Source: Patagioenas fasciata (Eukaryota). From it: a stretch of 64,000 nt of DNA. The notes under the pieces were generated by a model. That model was given only the letters and a program-made list of their open reading frames with translations, was not told the origin of the DNA and ran no database searches. Location of the stretch: the NCBI RefSeq assembly GCF_037038585.1, contig NC_092556.1, positions 514,619 to 578,618 of the forward strand, in the 5' to 3' direction. Every line of letters starts with the position of its first letter. Position 1 is the stretch's first letter. The position numbers and the translations under genes were made by a program. Below are positions 1-10,721 of the stretch, in pieces.

Positions 1-98
1 GTGGGGCAGGAAATGTGTGGGGCGGGAAATGTGTGGGGCGGGGAGGGGGGGGGGAGGAGACAAAGCAGCCGGAGCCGGGATTGGGGGGCAGAGGGGGC

Positions 99-104
99 TT
101 TATT
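99..104 (-). promoter_or_regulatory. SPNS1: SPNS1 polyadenylation signal AATAAA (minus strand)
   Basis: Plus tttatt at 99-104 is AATAAA on the coding (minus) strand, ~25 nt downstream of the stop at 129-131. Confidence 0.6.
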
Positions 105-128
105 GTGGGGGGGGGGGGCACTTGTGGG

Positions 129-220
129 TCAGCCCAGCACGTGGGCCACGGGCACCTTGGCGGGGCGGCCGCCGTGGGGCACGACCAGGGCGTCGGGGTC
201 GGCGTCGTCGGGGGGGAGGC
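129..220 (-). CDS. SPNS1: SPNS1 (spinster homolog 1, MFS transporter) exon 12 (terminal coding exon, includes stop)
   Basis: Minus-strand acceptor ggttgcccccag|GCC (AG = plus 221-222). Phase-1 exon encodes (G)LPPDDADPDALVVPHGGRPAKVPVAHVLG*, with stop TGA at plus 129-131. It aligns with the human SPNS1 C-terminus STDDRIVVPQRGRSTRVPVASVLI (human sequence recalled from memory). Confidence 0.8.
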
Positions 221-237
221 CTGGGGGCAACCAGGGG

Positions 238-1898
238 TGGTTGGTTAATGGGGGCAATGGGGGCAATGGGGACAATGGGGGTGATGGGGCAATGGGGGTA
301 ATGGGGGCAATGGGGGTAATGGGGCAATGGGGGTAATGGGGCAATGGGGGGAATGGGGGCAATGGGGGCAATGGGGGTAATGGGGCAATGGGGGCAATGG
401 GGGCAATGGGGCAATGGGGGTCAATGGGGCAATGGGGGCAATGGGGGTAATGGGGGCAATGGGGGCAATGGGGGCAATGGGGCAATGGGGGTCAATGGGG
501 GCAATGGGGGCAATGGGGTCAATGGGGGTAATGGGGCAATGGGGGTAATGGGGGCAATGGGGGCAATGGGGGCAATGGGGCAATGGGGGGCAATGGGGCA
601 ATGGGGGCAATGGGGGCAATGGGGCAATGGGGGCAATGGGGGCAATGGGGGCAATGGGGCAATGGGGGCAATGGGGCAATGGGGCAATGGGGTCAATGGG
701 GCAATGGGGCAATGGGGGCAATGGGGGTAATGGGGGCAATGGGGCAATGGGGCAATGGGGGCAATGGGGGCAATGGGGGCAATGGGGGCAATGGGGCAAT
801 GGGGACAATGGGGGCAGTGGGGGCAATGGGGGCAATGGGGGCAATGGGGGCAATGGGGCAATGGGGGCAATGGGGGCAATGGGGCAATGGGGGCAATGGG
901 GGCAATGGGGGTAATGGGGCAATGGGGGCAATGGGGCAATGGGGGCAATGGGGGCAATGGGGCAATGGGGGTGATGGGGACAATGGGGGCAATGGGGGCA
1001 ATGGGGTCAATGGGGCCATGGGGACAATGGGGGCAATGGGGTCAATGGGGCAATGGGGGCAATGGGGGCAATGGGGCAATGGGGCAATGGGGTCAATGGG
1101 GCAATGGGGACAATGGGGGCAATGGGGGTAATGGGGCAATGGGGGCAATGGGGGCAATGGGTATCAATGGGGGGCAATGGGGATCAATGGGGGGCAATGG
1201 GGGCAATGGGGGCAATGGGGACAATGGGGGTAATGCGGACAATGGGGACAATGGGGGTAATGGGGACAATGGGGACAATGGGGGTAATGGGGGTAATGGG
1301 GCAGTGGGGGCAATGGGGGCAATGGGGGGCAGTGGGGGCAATGGGGCAATGGGGGCAATGGGGACAATGGGGCAATGGGGGCAATGGGGCAATGGGGCAA
1401 TGGGGGCAATGGGGACAATGGGGCAATGGGGGCAATGGGGCAATGGGGGCAATGGGGGCAATGGGGACAATGGGGGCAATGGGGGTGATGGGGGCAATGG
1501 GGACAATGGGGGTAATGGGGACAATGGGGACAATGGGGGCAATGGGGCAATGGGGCAATGGGGACAATGGGGACAATGGGGGTAATGGGGGTAATGGGGC
1601 AATGGGGGTCAATGGGGCAATGGGGGCAATGAGGCAATGGGGTCAATGGGATCAATGGATCGATGGGGTCAATGGGGATCAATGGGGATCAATGGGGGTC
1701 AATGGGTCAATGGGGGTCAATGGGGATCAATGGGGGGCAATGGGGGCAATGGGGTCAATGGGGGCAATGGGGGCAATGGGGACAATGGGATCAATGGGTC
1801 AATGGGGTCAATGGGGATCAATGGGGATCAATGGGGGTCAATGGGTCATTGGGGTCAATGGGGTCAATGGGGTCAATGGGGTCAATGGGGGGGGGGTG
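238..1898. repeat. Tandem minisatellite (GGGGCAATGG / GGGGTCAATGG family, ~10-11 bp unit) filling SPNS1 intron 11
   Basis: Direct reading shows hundreds of near-identical units of gggggcaatgg, with variants gggacaatgg, ggggtaatgg and ggggtcaatgg. Confidence 0.9.
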
Positions 1899-1914
1899 GT
1901 CACGTGCCCCTCAC

Positions 1915-2083
1915 CTCGCGCCTCCCGCAGCGCTCGCGCGCGGTCCCGCGGGAGCGTGAGGGCGGATCCCAGGAAGGCCCCGCCCCCCAGGGCGGCCACG
2001 AAGGGGCAGAGCAGCAGCGCGCGGCCCAGCGCCTGCGCAGAGCGCAGCCACGAGGGGGCGGGGCCACGCAGCGCGTCACTCAG
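1915..2083 (-). CDS. SPNS1: SPNS1 exon 11
   Basis: Acceptor ccccgccccttcccccag|CTG (AG = plus 2084-2085). Encodes LSDALRGPAPSWLRSAQALGRALLLCPFVAALGGGAFLGSALTLPRDRARALREAR(G). Donor GCGAG|gtgagg. Matches human ...SEFRALQFSLMLCAFVGALGGAAFLGTAIFIEADRRRAQ. Confidence 0.85.
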
Positions 2084-2780
2084 CTGGGGGAAGGGGCGGG
2101 GTCACGGCGGCGCCGGCCAATCAGAGCGCCCCGGGGAGCCCCCCCTCCCACCCGGGTCCTAGCGCCGCCCGCTGGGGCCCTCCCGGTGCCCCCCAGTTCA
2201 TCCCGGTGCCCCCCAGCTCATCCCAGTGCCCCCCAGTCCCTCCCAGTGCTCCCCAGTTCATCCCGGTGCTCCCCAGTTCATCCCAGTGCCCCCCAGCTCA
2301 TCCCAGTGCCCCCCAGTCCCTCCCAGTGCTCCCCAGTTCATCCCGGTGCTCCCCAGTTCATCCCAGTGCCCCCCAGCTCATCCCAGTGCCCCCCAGTCCC
2401 TCCCAGTGCTCCCCAGTTCATCCCGGTGCTCCCCAGTTCATCCCAGTGCCCCCCAGTTCATCCCAGTGCCCCCCAGTCCCTCCCAGTGCTCCCCAGTTCA
2501 TCCCGGTGCCCCCCAGTTTGGTTCCCGGTCCCTCCCAGTGTCCCCCAGTCCCTCCCAGTGCCTCCCAGTCCCTCCCAGTTCAAACCAGTCCATACCATTC
2601 CCAGCAGGTAGGGGCTCCCCACGTCCCCCAGTCCCTCCCAGTCCCCCCAGTTCAAACCAGTCCCTCCCAGTCCATCCCAGTCCGCACCATTCCCAGCAGG
2701 TAGGGGCTCCCCGCGTCCCCCAGTCCCTCCCAATTCAAACCAGTCCCTCCCAGTTCAAACCAGTCCATCCCAGTCCGCAC

Positions 2781-2879
2781 CATTCCCAGCAGGTAGGGGC
2801 TCCCCGCGTCCCCCAGCAGATGCGACGCCCCCACCTGCAGGGCCGAGGCCGTCGAGCGGCGCCAGGGGGGGACCACGGT
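2781..2879 (-). CDS. SPNS1: SPNS1 exon 10
   Basis: Acceptor ccattgtccccag|ACC. Encodes [33 protein letters not shown]. Donor GGAATG|gtgcgg. Matches human [33 protein letters not shown]. Confidence 0.85.
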
Positions 2880-3420
2880 CTGGGGACAATGGGGACAATG
2901 GGGACAATGGGTCAGGGGGGTCCCCAGGGCCCCCCAATGGCACCCAGCGGGGACCACGGTCTGGGGACAATGGGGACAATGGGGACAATGGGTCAGGGGG
3001 GTCCCCAGGGCCCCCCAATGGCACCCAGGGGGGACCACGGTCTGGGGACAATGGGGACAATGGGGACAATGGATCAGGGGGGTCCCCAGGGCCCCCCAAT
3101 GGCACCCAGGGGGGACCACGCTCTGGGGACAATGGGGACAATGGGGACAATGGGTCAGGGGGGTCCCCAGGGCCCCCCAATGGCACCCAGGGGGGACCAC
3201 GGTCTGGGGACAATGGGGACAATGGGGACAATGGGTCAGGGGGGTCCCCAGGGCCCCCCAATGGCACCCAGGGGGGACCACGCTCTGGGGACAATGGGGA
3301 CAATGGGGACAATGGGTCAGGGGGGTCCCCAGGGCCCCCCAATGGCACCCAGGGGGGACCACGCTCTGGGGACAATGGGGACAATGGGGACAATGGGTCA
3401 GGGGGGTCCCCAGGGCCCCC
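2880..3420. repeat. ~60-bp tandem repeat x9 (gggaccacggtctggggacaatggggacaatggggacaatgggtcaggggggtccccagggccccccaatggcacccag) in SPNS1 intron 9
   Basis: Nine near-identical units are read directly. The satellite abuts the exon 10 acceptor. Confidence 0.85.
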
Positions 3421-4276
3421 AATGGCACCCAGGGGCCCACAAGTGTCCCCATTGCCCCCATTGTCCCCATTGCCCCCATTACCCCCATTGCCCCCCCTGT
3501 CCCCATTGCCCCCCATGTCCCCATCACCCCCATTGTCCCCATTATCCCCATTACCCCCACTACCCCCATTGTCCCCATTGTCCCCGTTACCTCCATCACC
3601 TCCATTGTCCCCAATGCCCCCATTGCCCCCATCGCCCCCATTGCCCCCATTGTCCCCATTGCCCCCATCACCCCCAATGTCCCCATCACCCCCAATGCCC
3701 CCCATTGCCCCCATTGCCCCCCAATGCCCCCAATGTCCCCATTGTCCCCAATGTCCCCATTGTCCCCATCACCCCCAATGTCCCCATCACCCCCAATGCC
3801 CCCCATTGTCCCCATTGCCCACCATGTCCCCACTGCCCCCATTGCCCCATTACCCCCAATATCTCCATTGCCCCCCATGTCCCCATTGTCCCCATTGTCC
3901 CCATTACCCCCATCGCCCCCATCACCCCCCATTGTCCCCATCGCCCCCATTGCCCCCCATGTCCCCATCACCTCCATTGTCCCCATTGTCCCCATTGTCC
4001 CCATCACCCCCAATGTCCCCATCGCCCCCATGTCCCCATTGTCCCCATTGCCCCCCATGTCCCCATCACCCCCATTGTCCCCATTGCCCCCCATGTCCCC
4101 ATCACCCCCATCACTCCCATTGCCCCCAATTCCCCATTGCCCCCCATGTCCCCACCGCCCCCATGTCCCCATTGCCCCCATCACCCCCATTGCCCCCATC
4201 ACCCCCATCGTCCCCATCACCCCCATCGCCCCCACTGCCCCCATGTCCCCATTGTCCCCTGTCCCCCTGTCCCCAC

Positions 4277-4342
4277 CAGCAGGATGTCGGCCACGATGGC
4301 CCAGTTCAGGGACAGCAGCGTCTCCCCCACGAAGATGAAAAC
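4277..4342 (-). CDS. SPNS1: SPNS1 exon 9
   Basis: Acceptor cctgtccccag|GTT. Encodes VFIFVGETLLSLNWAIVADILL. Donor CTGCTG|gtgggg. Matches human IFIFIGETLLSMNWAIVADILL. Confidence 0.85.
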
Positions 4343-5092
4343 CTGGGGACAGGGTCACGGGCTCAGGGGTCACGGGGTCACTGGGGTCACGGGGTCACTG
4401 GGGTCACTGTGTCCCCATAACCCCATAAACACTTCAAACCCCATAACCCCCCATACCCCCCCACCCCCATAACCCCAATACCCCCATGACCCCATAGACC
4501 CCATAACCCCCCATACCCCCATGACCCCCATAACCCCCTATGACCCCCATACCCCCATACCCCCAACACCCCCCATACCCCCATGACCCCCATACCCCCA
4601 ACACCCCCCATACCCCCATGACCCCCATACCCCCAACACCCCCCATACCCCCATGCCCCCCATAACCCCCTATGACCCCCATACCCCCAATACCCCCATA
4701 CCCCCATGCCCCCCATAACCCCCTATGACCCCCATACCCCCAACACCCCCCATACCCCCATGACCCCCATAACCCCCTATGACCCCCATACCCCCAACAC
4801 CCCAATACCCCCCATACCCCCATGACCCCATAACCCCCTATGACCCCCATACCCCCATACCCCCATGACCCCCATAACCCCTATGACCCCCATACCCCCA
4901 ACACCCCAATACCCCCCATACCCCCATGACCCCATAACCCCCTATGACCCCCATACCCCCAACACCCCCCATACCCCCATGACCCCCATGACCCCTATGA
5001 CCCCCATACCCCCAACACCCCCCATACCCCCATGACCCCCATGACCCCCATGACCCCCATGACCCCGCGCCCCCCACGTCCCCCCCACTCAC

Positions 5093-5282
5093 GTATGCGG
5101 CGGGGGGGCAGGGCCGGGCGCACAGCAGCGCCAGCAGCAGGCAGGGGGCGGCCCCCAGCACCCCTCCCCCGCACAGCAGGGGGTCCCCCCGCGGGGTCAG
5201 GGGGCGGAGCTTGCGCGACAGCCCCGCCCCCAACCCCACCCCCAGCACCCCCGACACGCACGTCAGCAGCCCGAACAGCAGG
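5093..5282 (-). CDS. SPNS1: SPNS1 exon 8
   Basis: Acceptor cctttgcccccag|C. Encodes (S)[63 protein letters not shown]. Donor GCATAC|gtgagt. Matches human [39 protein letters not shown]... Confidence 0.85.
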
Positions 5283-6897
5283 CTGGGGGCAAAGGGCAAA
5301 GGTCAGGGGGGGTCATGGGGGTCCAGGGGGTTATGGGGGGTTATGGGGTCACGGGGTTATGGGGCTTATAGGGGGTTATAGGGGTCATGGGGGTTATGGA
5401 GGTCATGGGAGTCAGGGGGGTCATGGGGGTCATAGGGGTCGGGGGGTCATGGGGGTCATAGGGGGTCATGGGGATGTGGGGTTATGGGGTCATAGGGGGT
5501 TATGGGGGTCATGGGGGTCATAGGAGTCAGTGGGTCATGGGGGTCATAAGGGGTCATGGGGGTCATAGGGGGTCATAAGGGTCAGGGGGGTTATGGGGGT
5601 CATGGGGGTCAGGGGGTCATGGGGGTCAGGGGGTCATGGGGGTCATAGGGGGTCATGGGGGTCAGGGGGATGTGGGGTTATGGGGGTTATGGGGGTTATG
5701 GGGGTTATGGGGTCATGGGGATGGGGGTTATAGGGTCATGGGGTCATAGGGGTCACGGGTCACCCCATTATCCCAATGTCCCCATTGTCCCCATTGCCCC
5801 CATTGCCCCCATTAACCCCATTGTTCCCATTACCCCATCACCCCCATCACCCCATTGTCCCTGCTGCCCCCATTGTCCCCATTGACCCCATTATCTCAAT
5901 GTCCCCATTGCCCCCATTGTCCCCATCACCCCCATTATCCCCATCACCCCACTGTCCCCTTGACCCCCATTGTCCCCATTGCCTCCATTGGCCCCATTGG
6001 CCCGATTGTCCCATTAACCCATCATCCCCATTACCCCATTGCCCCCATTATCCCATTGCCCCCATTGTCCCATTGTCCCCATTACCCCAATGTCCCCATT
6101 GCTCCCATTGTCCCATTGCCCCCGTCACCCCCATCCCCCCATCACCCCCATTGTCCCCATCACCCCCATTGTCCCATCACCCCCATTGTCTCATCACCCC
6201 CATCACCCCCATTGTCCCCATCCCCCCCATCCCCCCCATTGTCCCCATCACCCCCATTGTCCCATTGTCCCCATCACCCCCATCACCCCCATTCCCCCAT
6301 CACCCCCATTGTCCCATCACCCCCATCGCCCCCATTGTCCCATCCCCCCCATCACCCCCATCCCCCCCATTGTCCCATCCCCCCCATCACCCCCATTGTC
6401 CCCATCCCCCCCATTGTCCCATCACCCCCATCCCCCCCATTCCCCCATCACCCCCATTGTCCCATCACCCCCATTGTCCCATCACCCCCATTGTCCCCAT
6501 CCCCCCATCACCCCCATCACCCCCATTGTCCCCATCCCCCCCATCCCCCCCATTGTCCCCATCACCCCCATTGTCCCATTGTCCCCATCACCCCCATCAC
6601 CCCCATTCCCCCATTGTCCCATTGTCCCATCACCCCCATTGTCCCATCACCCCCATTGTCCCCATCACCCCCATCACCCCCATTGTCCCATCCCCCCCAT
6701 CACCCCCATTGTCCCATTGTCCCCATCACCCCCATTGTCCCCATCCCCCCCATTGTCCCATCACCCCCATTCCCCCATCACCCCCATTGTCCCCATCCCC
6801 CCCATTGTCCCATCACCCCCATTCCCCCATCACCCCCATTGTCCCCATCCCCCCCATTGTCCCCATCCCCCCCATTGTCCCCCCCCCCCCGTGTCAC

Positions 6898-7053
6898 CTC
6901 TCGTCGCCGTGGCAGCGCGGCCCCCGCTGGCAGGGGGGCAGGGCCCCGGTGGCCACGCGGCAGCGGCGCAGGAACGCGGGGGCCCAGAGGGCGAGGGCCC
7001 CGGTGACAAAGGACACGGCGGTGAAGCCCAGCGAGGACAGCACCAGCGTGCGG
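6898..7053 (-). CDS. SPNS1: SPNS1 exon 7
   Basis: Acceptor ccgtgtcccag|C. Encodes (N)RTLVLSSLGFTAVSFVTGALALWAPAFLRRCRVATGALPPCQRGPRCHGDE(S). Donor GACGAGAG|gtgaca. Matches human NPSFVLSSLGFTAVAFVTGSLALWAPAFLLRSRVVLGETPPC. Confidence 0.85.
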
Positions 7054-9412
7054 CTGGGACACGGGGACACCCCCGTCACACCCTGGGGACACCCTGGGGA
7101 CACCCTGGGGACACCCTGGGGACACCCCCGTCACACCCTGGGGACACCCCCGTCACACCCTGGGGACACCCCCGGTGACAAAGGACACGGCGGTGAAGCC
7201 CAGCGAGGACAGCACCAGCGTGCGGCTGGGGACATGGGGACAGCCCCGTCACACCCTAGGGACACCCTGGGGACACCCTGGGGACATGGGGACACCCCTG
7301 TCACACCCCTGGGGACACCCTGGGGACACCCTGGGGACACCCCTGTCACACCCTGGGGACACCCTGGGGACACCCTGGGGACACCCCTGTCACACCCTGG
7401 GGACACCCTGGGGACACCCTGGGGACACCCCCGTCACACCCTGGGGACACCCTGGGGACACCCCCGTCACACCCTGGGGACACCCTGGGGACACCCCTGT
7501 CACACCCCATGGGACATGGGGACACCCCTGGGGACATGGGGACACCCCCTGGGGACACCAATGAAACCCTGGGGACACCGCATGGGACACGGGGACACCC
7601 CTGGGGACACCCCTGTCACACCCCATGGCACCCCATGGGACATGGGGACACCCCTGGGGACATGGGGACACCCCCAGGGACACCCCATGGGACTCGGGGA
7701 CACCCCATAGGGACACAGGGACACCCCCGGGGATGCCCCATTGCACCCCATGGGACACGAGGACACCCCCAGGGACAACCCTGGGGACATGGGGACACCC
7801 CATAGGGACACAGGGACACCCCCAGGGACACCCCATGGCACCCATGGGACACGGGGACACCCCTGGTGACACCCCATTGCACCCCATGGGACATGGGGAC
7901 ACCCCTGGGGACACCGCATGGCACCCCATGGGACACAGGGACACCCCATGGGACTCGGGGACACCCCTGGGGACACGGGGACACCCCTGGGGACACCAAT
8001 GAAACCCTGGGGGTGCCAGGTCTACCCCATGGGGACACCAGGTCTACCCAGGGGGACCTGTCCCCATGTCCCCCCATGTCCCCATGTCCCCCATGTCCCC
8101 CATTGTCCCCATATCCCCCAATCCCCCCATAGCCCCCAATCCCCCCATATCCCCATAGCCCCCAATGTCCTCACATCCCCATTGTCCCCATATCCCCCAA
8201 TGTCCCCATGTCCCCCCATAGTCCCCCATTGTCCCCGTATCCCCCAATATCCCCAATCCCCCCACATCCCCCCAATGTCCCCACATCCCCCCATGTCCCC
8301 CATTGTCCCCAATGTCCCCACATCCCCCCATGTCCCCCATTGTCCCCAATGTCCCCACATCCCCCCATGTCCCCCATTGTCCCCAATGTCCCCACATCCC
8401 CCCATGTCCCCATAGCCCCCAATGTCCCCATATCCCCCCATATCCCCAATGTCCCCAATGTCCCCCCATGTCCCCCAATCCCCCCATATCCCCCAATGTC
8501 CCCATGTCCCCCATTGTCCCCATGTCCCCATTATCCCCATAGCCCCCAATGTCCCCACATCCCCCCCTGTCCCCCATTGTCCCCATATCGCCTCATGTCC
8601 CCCTATCCCCCAATGTCCCCAATGTCCCCCATTGTCCCCATATCCCCCATTGTCCCCAATCCCCCCACATCCCCCATTGTCCCCATATCCCCCATTGTCC
8701 CCACATCCCCCCATGCCCCCCAATGTCCCCACACCCCCCAATGTCCCCCAATGTCCCCATTGTCCCCAATGTCCCCACACCCCCCAATGTCCCCATTGTC
8801 CCCATTGTCCCCATTGCCCCCATTGTCCCCAATGTCCCCAATGTCCCCAATGTCCCCATTGCCCCCATTGCCCCCAATGTCCCCAATGTCCCCATTGTCC
8901 CCAATGTCCCCAATGTCCCCACACCCCCCAATGTCCCCACACCCCCCATTGTCCCCAATGTCCCCATTGTCCCCAATGTCCCCACACCCCCCAATCCCCC
9001 CACATCCCCCAATGTCCCTCAATCCCCTCAATGTCCCCCATGTCCCCCATTGTCCCCAATCCCCCCATGCCCCCCATTGTCCCCACATCCCCCCATGCCC
9101 CCCATTGCCCCCATTGCCCCATTGCCCCCATTGTCCCCAATGTCCCCACACCTCCCAATGTCCCCATTGTCCCCACTGTCCCCACTGTCCCCAATGTCCC
9201 CATTGTCCCCAATGTCCCCAATGTCCCCAATGTCCCCCATTGTCCCCAATGTCCCCACACCCCCCAATGTCCCCATTGTCCCCACTGTCCCCACTGTCCC
9301 CAATGTCCCCATTGTCCCCGATGTCCCCAATGTCCCCACACCCCCCATTGCCCCCATTGTCCCCATTGTCCCCAATGTCCCCCAATGTCCCCAGTGTCCC
9401 CCCTGTCCTCAC

Positions 9413-9555
9413 TTGGTGGCCAGGCGGCGCAGGTCGCTGGCCCAGTGCGGGTGGGGGAGGGGCGTGGCGGGGGGCAGCTCCAGGCCCCCCCGGGGGGGGT
9501 CGCTCACCAGCGTCACCAACAGCGCCAGGGCCACCAACCCCAGCACCGGGGTCAC
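9413..9555 (-). CDS. SPNS1: SPNS1 exon 6
   Basis: Acceptor cccgtgtccccag|GTG. Encodes VTPVLGLVALALLVTLVSDPPRGGLELPPATPLPHPHWASDLRALAT(N). Donor ACCAA|gtgagg. Matches human VTPGLGVVAVLLLFLVVREPPRGAVERHSDLPPLNPTSWWADLRALAR. Confidence 0.8.
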
Positions 9556-10654
9556 CTGGGGACACGGGGGGGTCACATGGGGTCACATGGGGGGGTCACA
9601 TGGGGACGGGGGGGGCACGTGGGGGGGGGGCACGTGGGGGGGGGTCACCTGGGGACACGGGGGGGTCACCTGGGGTCACATGGGGGGGTCACATGGGGAC
9701 GGGGGGGGCACGTGGGGGGGGGTCACCTGGGGACACGGGGGGGTCACCTGGGGGGGTCACATGGGGACGGGGGGGGCACGTGGGGGGGTCACCTGGGTCA
9801 TCTGGGGACATGGGGGGGGCACGTGGGGTCACATGGGGGGGTCACATGGGGACGGGGGGGGCACGTGGGGGGGGGGTCACCTGGGGTCACCTGGGGACAC
9901 GGGGGGGGTCACATGGGGATGGGGGGGGCACGTGGGGGGGTCACCTGGGGTCACCTGGGGACATGGGGGGGGGCACGTGGGGTCACATGGGGGGGTCACC
10001 TGGGGCCACCTGGGGTCACCTGGGGACACGGGGGGGCACGTGGGGACGGGGGGGGCACGTGGGGGGGTCACCTGGGGTCATCTGGGGACATGGGGGGGGG
10101 CACGTGGGGTCACATGGGGGGGGTCACCTGGGGACATGGGGGGGTCACCTGGGGGCACCTGGGGATGGGGGGGGGGGGCACATGGGGGGGTCACCTGGGG
10201 TCACCTGGGGACATGGGGGGGCACGTGGGGGCACATGGGGACGGGGGGGGCACGTGGGGGGGGCACGTGGGGACTTGGCGGGGTCACCTGGGGTCACATG
10301 GGGACCCTGTTGAGGACACTGGGGGGGTTTGGGGACCCTGCTGGGGACACTGGGGACCCTTTTGGGGACATTGGGGGGGTTTGGGGACCCTGTTGGGGAC
10401 ACTGGGGACCCTTTTGGGGACATTGGGGGGGTTTGGGGACCCTGTTGGGGACACTGGGGGGTTTGGGGTCACTGTTGGGGACACTGATGGGGACACTGGG
10501 GACCCTGTTGGGGACACTGGGGGGGTTTGGGGACCCTGTTGGGGACCCTGTTGGGGTCACTGATGGGGACACTGGGGACACTGGGGGGGTTTGGGGACAC
10601 TGATGGGGACACTGGGGACATTGGGGCCACTGGGGCCGTGGGTCCCGGGCTCAC

Positions 10655-10721
10655 CCTGAGGGCCCAGCGCCAGTCGGAGGCCACGTCCTTCACCTTGGCC
10701 CCGATGATGTAACCGAGCCCG
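10655..10721 (-). CDS. SPNS1: SPNS1 exon 5
   Basis: Acceptor catgtccccag|C. Encodes (S)GLGYIIGAKVKDVASDWRWALR. Donor CTCAGG|gtgagc. Matches human [23 protein letters not shown]. Confidence 0.85.

Noticed and set aside
8208-10603. Very long ORFs (about 700 aa, Pro/Ser/His/Cys-rich, e.g. 8208..10313 +, 8422..10563 +, 37789..42387 + at 1532 aa) in the six-frame track
   Set aside because: They run through pure tandem repeats, on both strands and in several frames at once. GC-rich satellites simply lack the AT-rich stop codons. There are no splice signals, and protein-level similarity is limited to repeat-driven low complexity.
10640-10660. Read-through of the SPNS1 exon 5 donor giving VSPG, which resembles human VTPG
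   Set aside because: The GTGAGC is a consensus donor. The true continuation VTPVLGLVAL... is found in the next exon (9413..9555) with a clean acceptor, so the VSPG match is coincidental.
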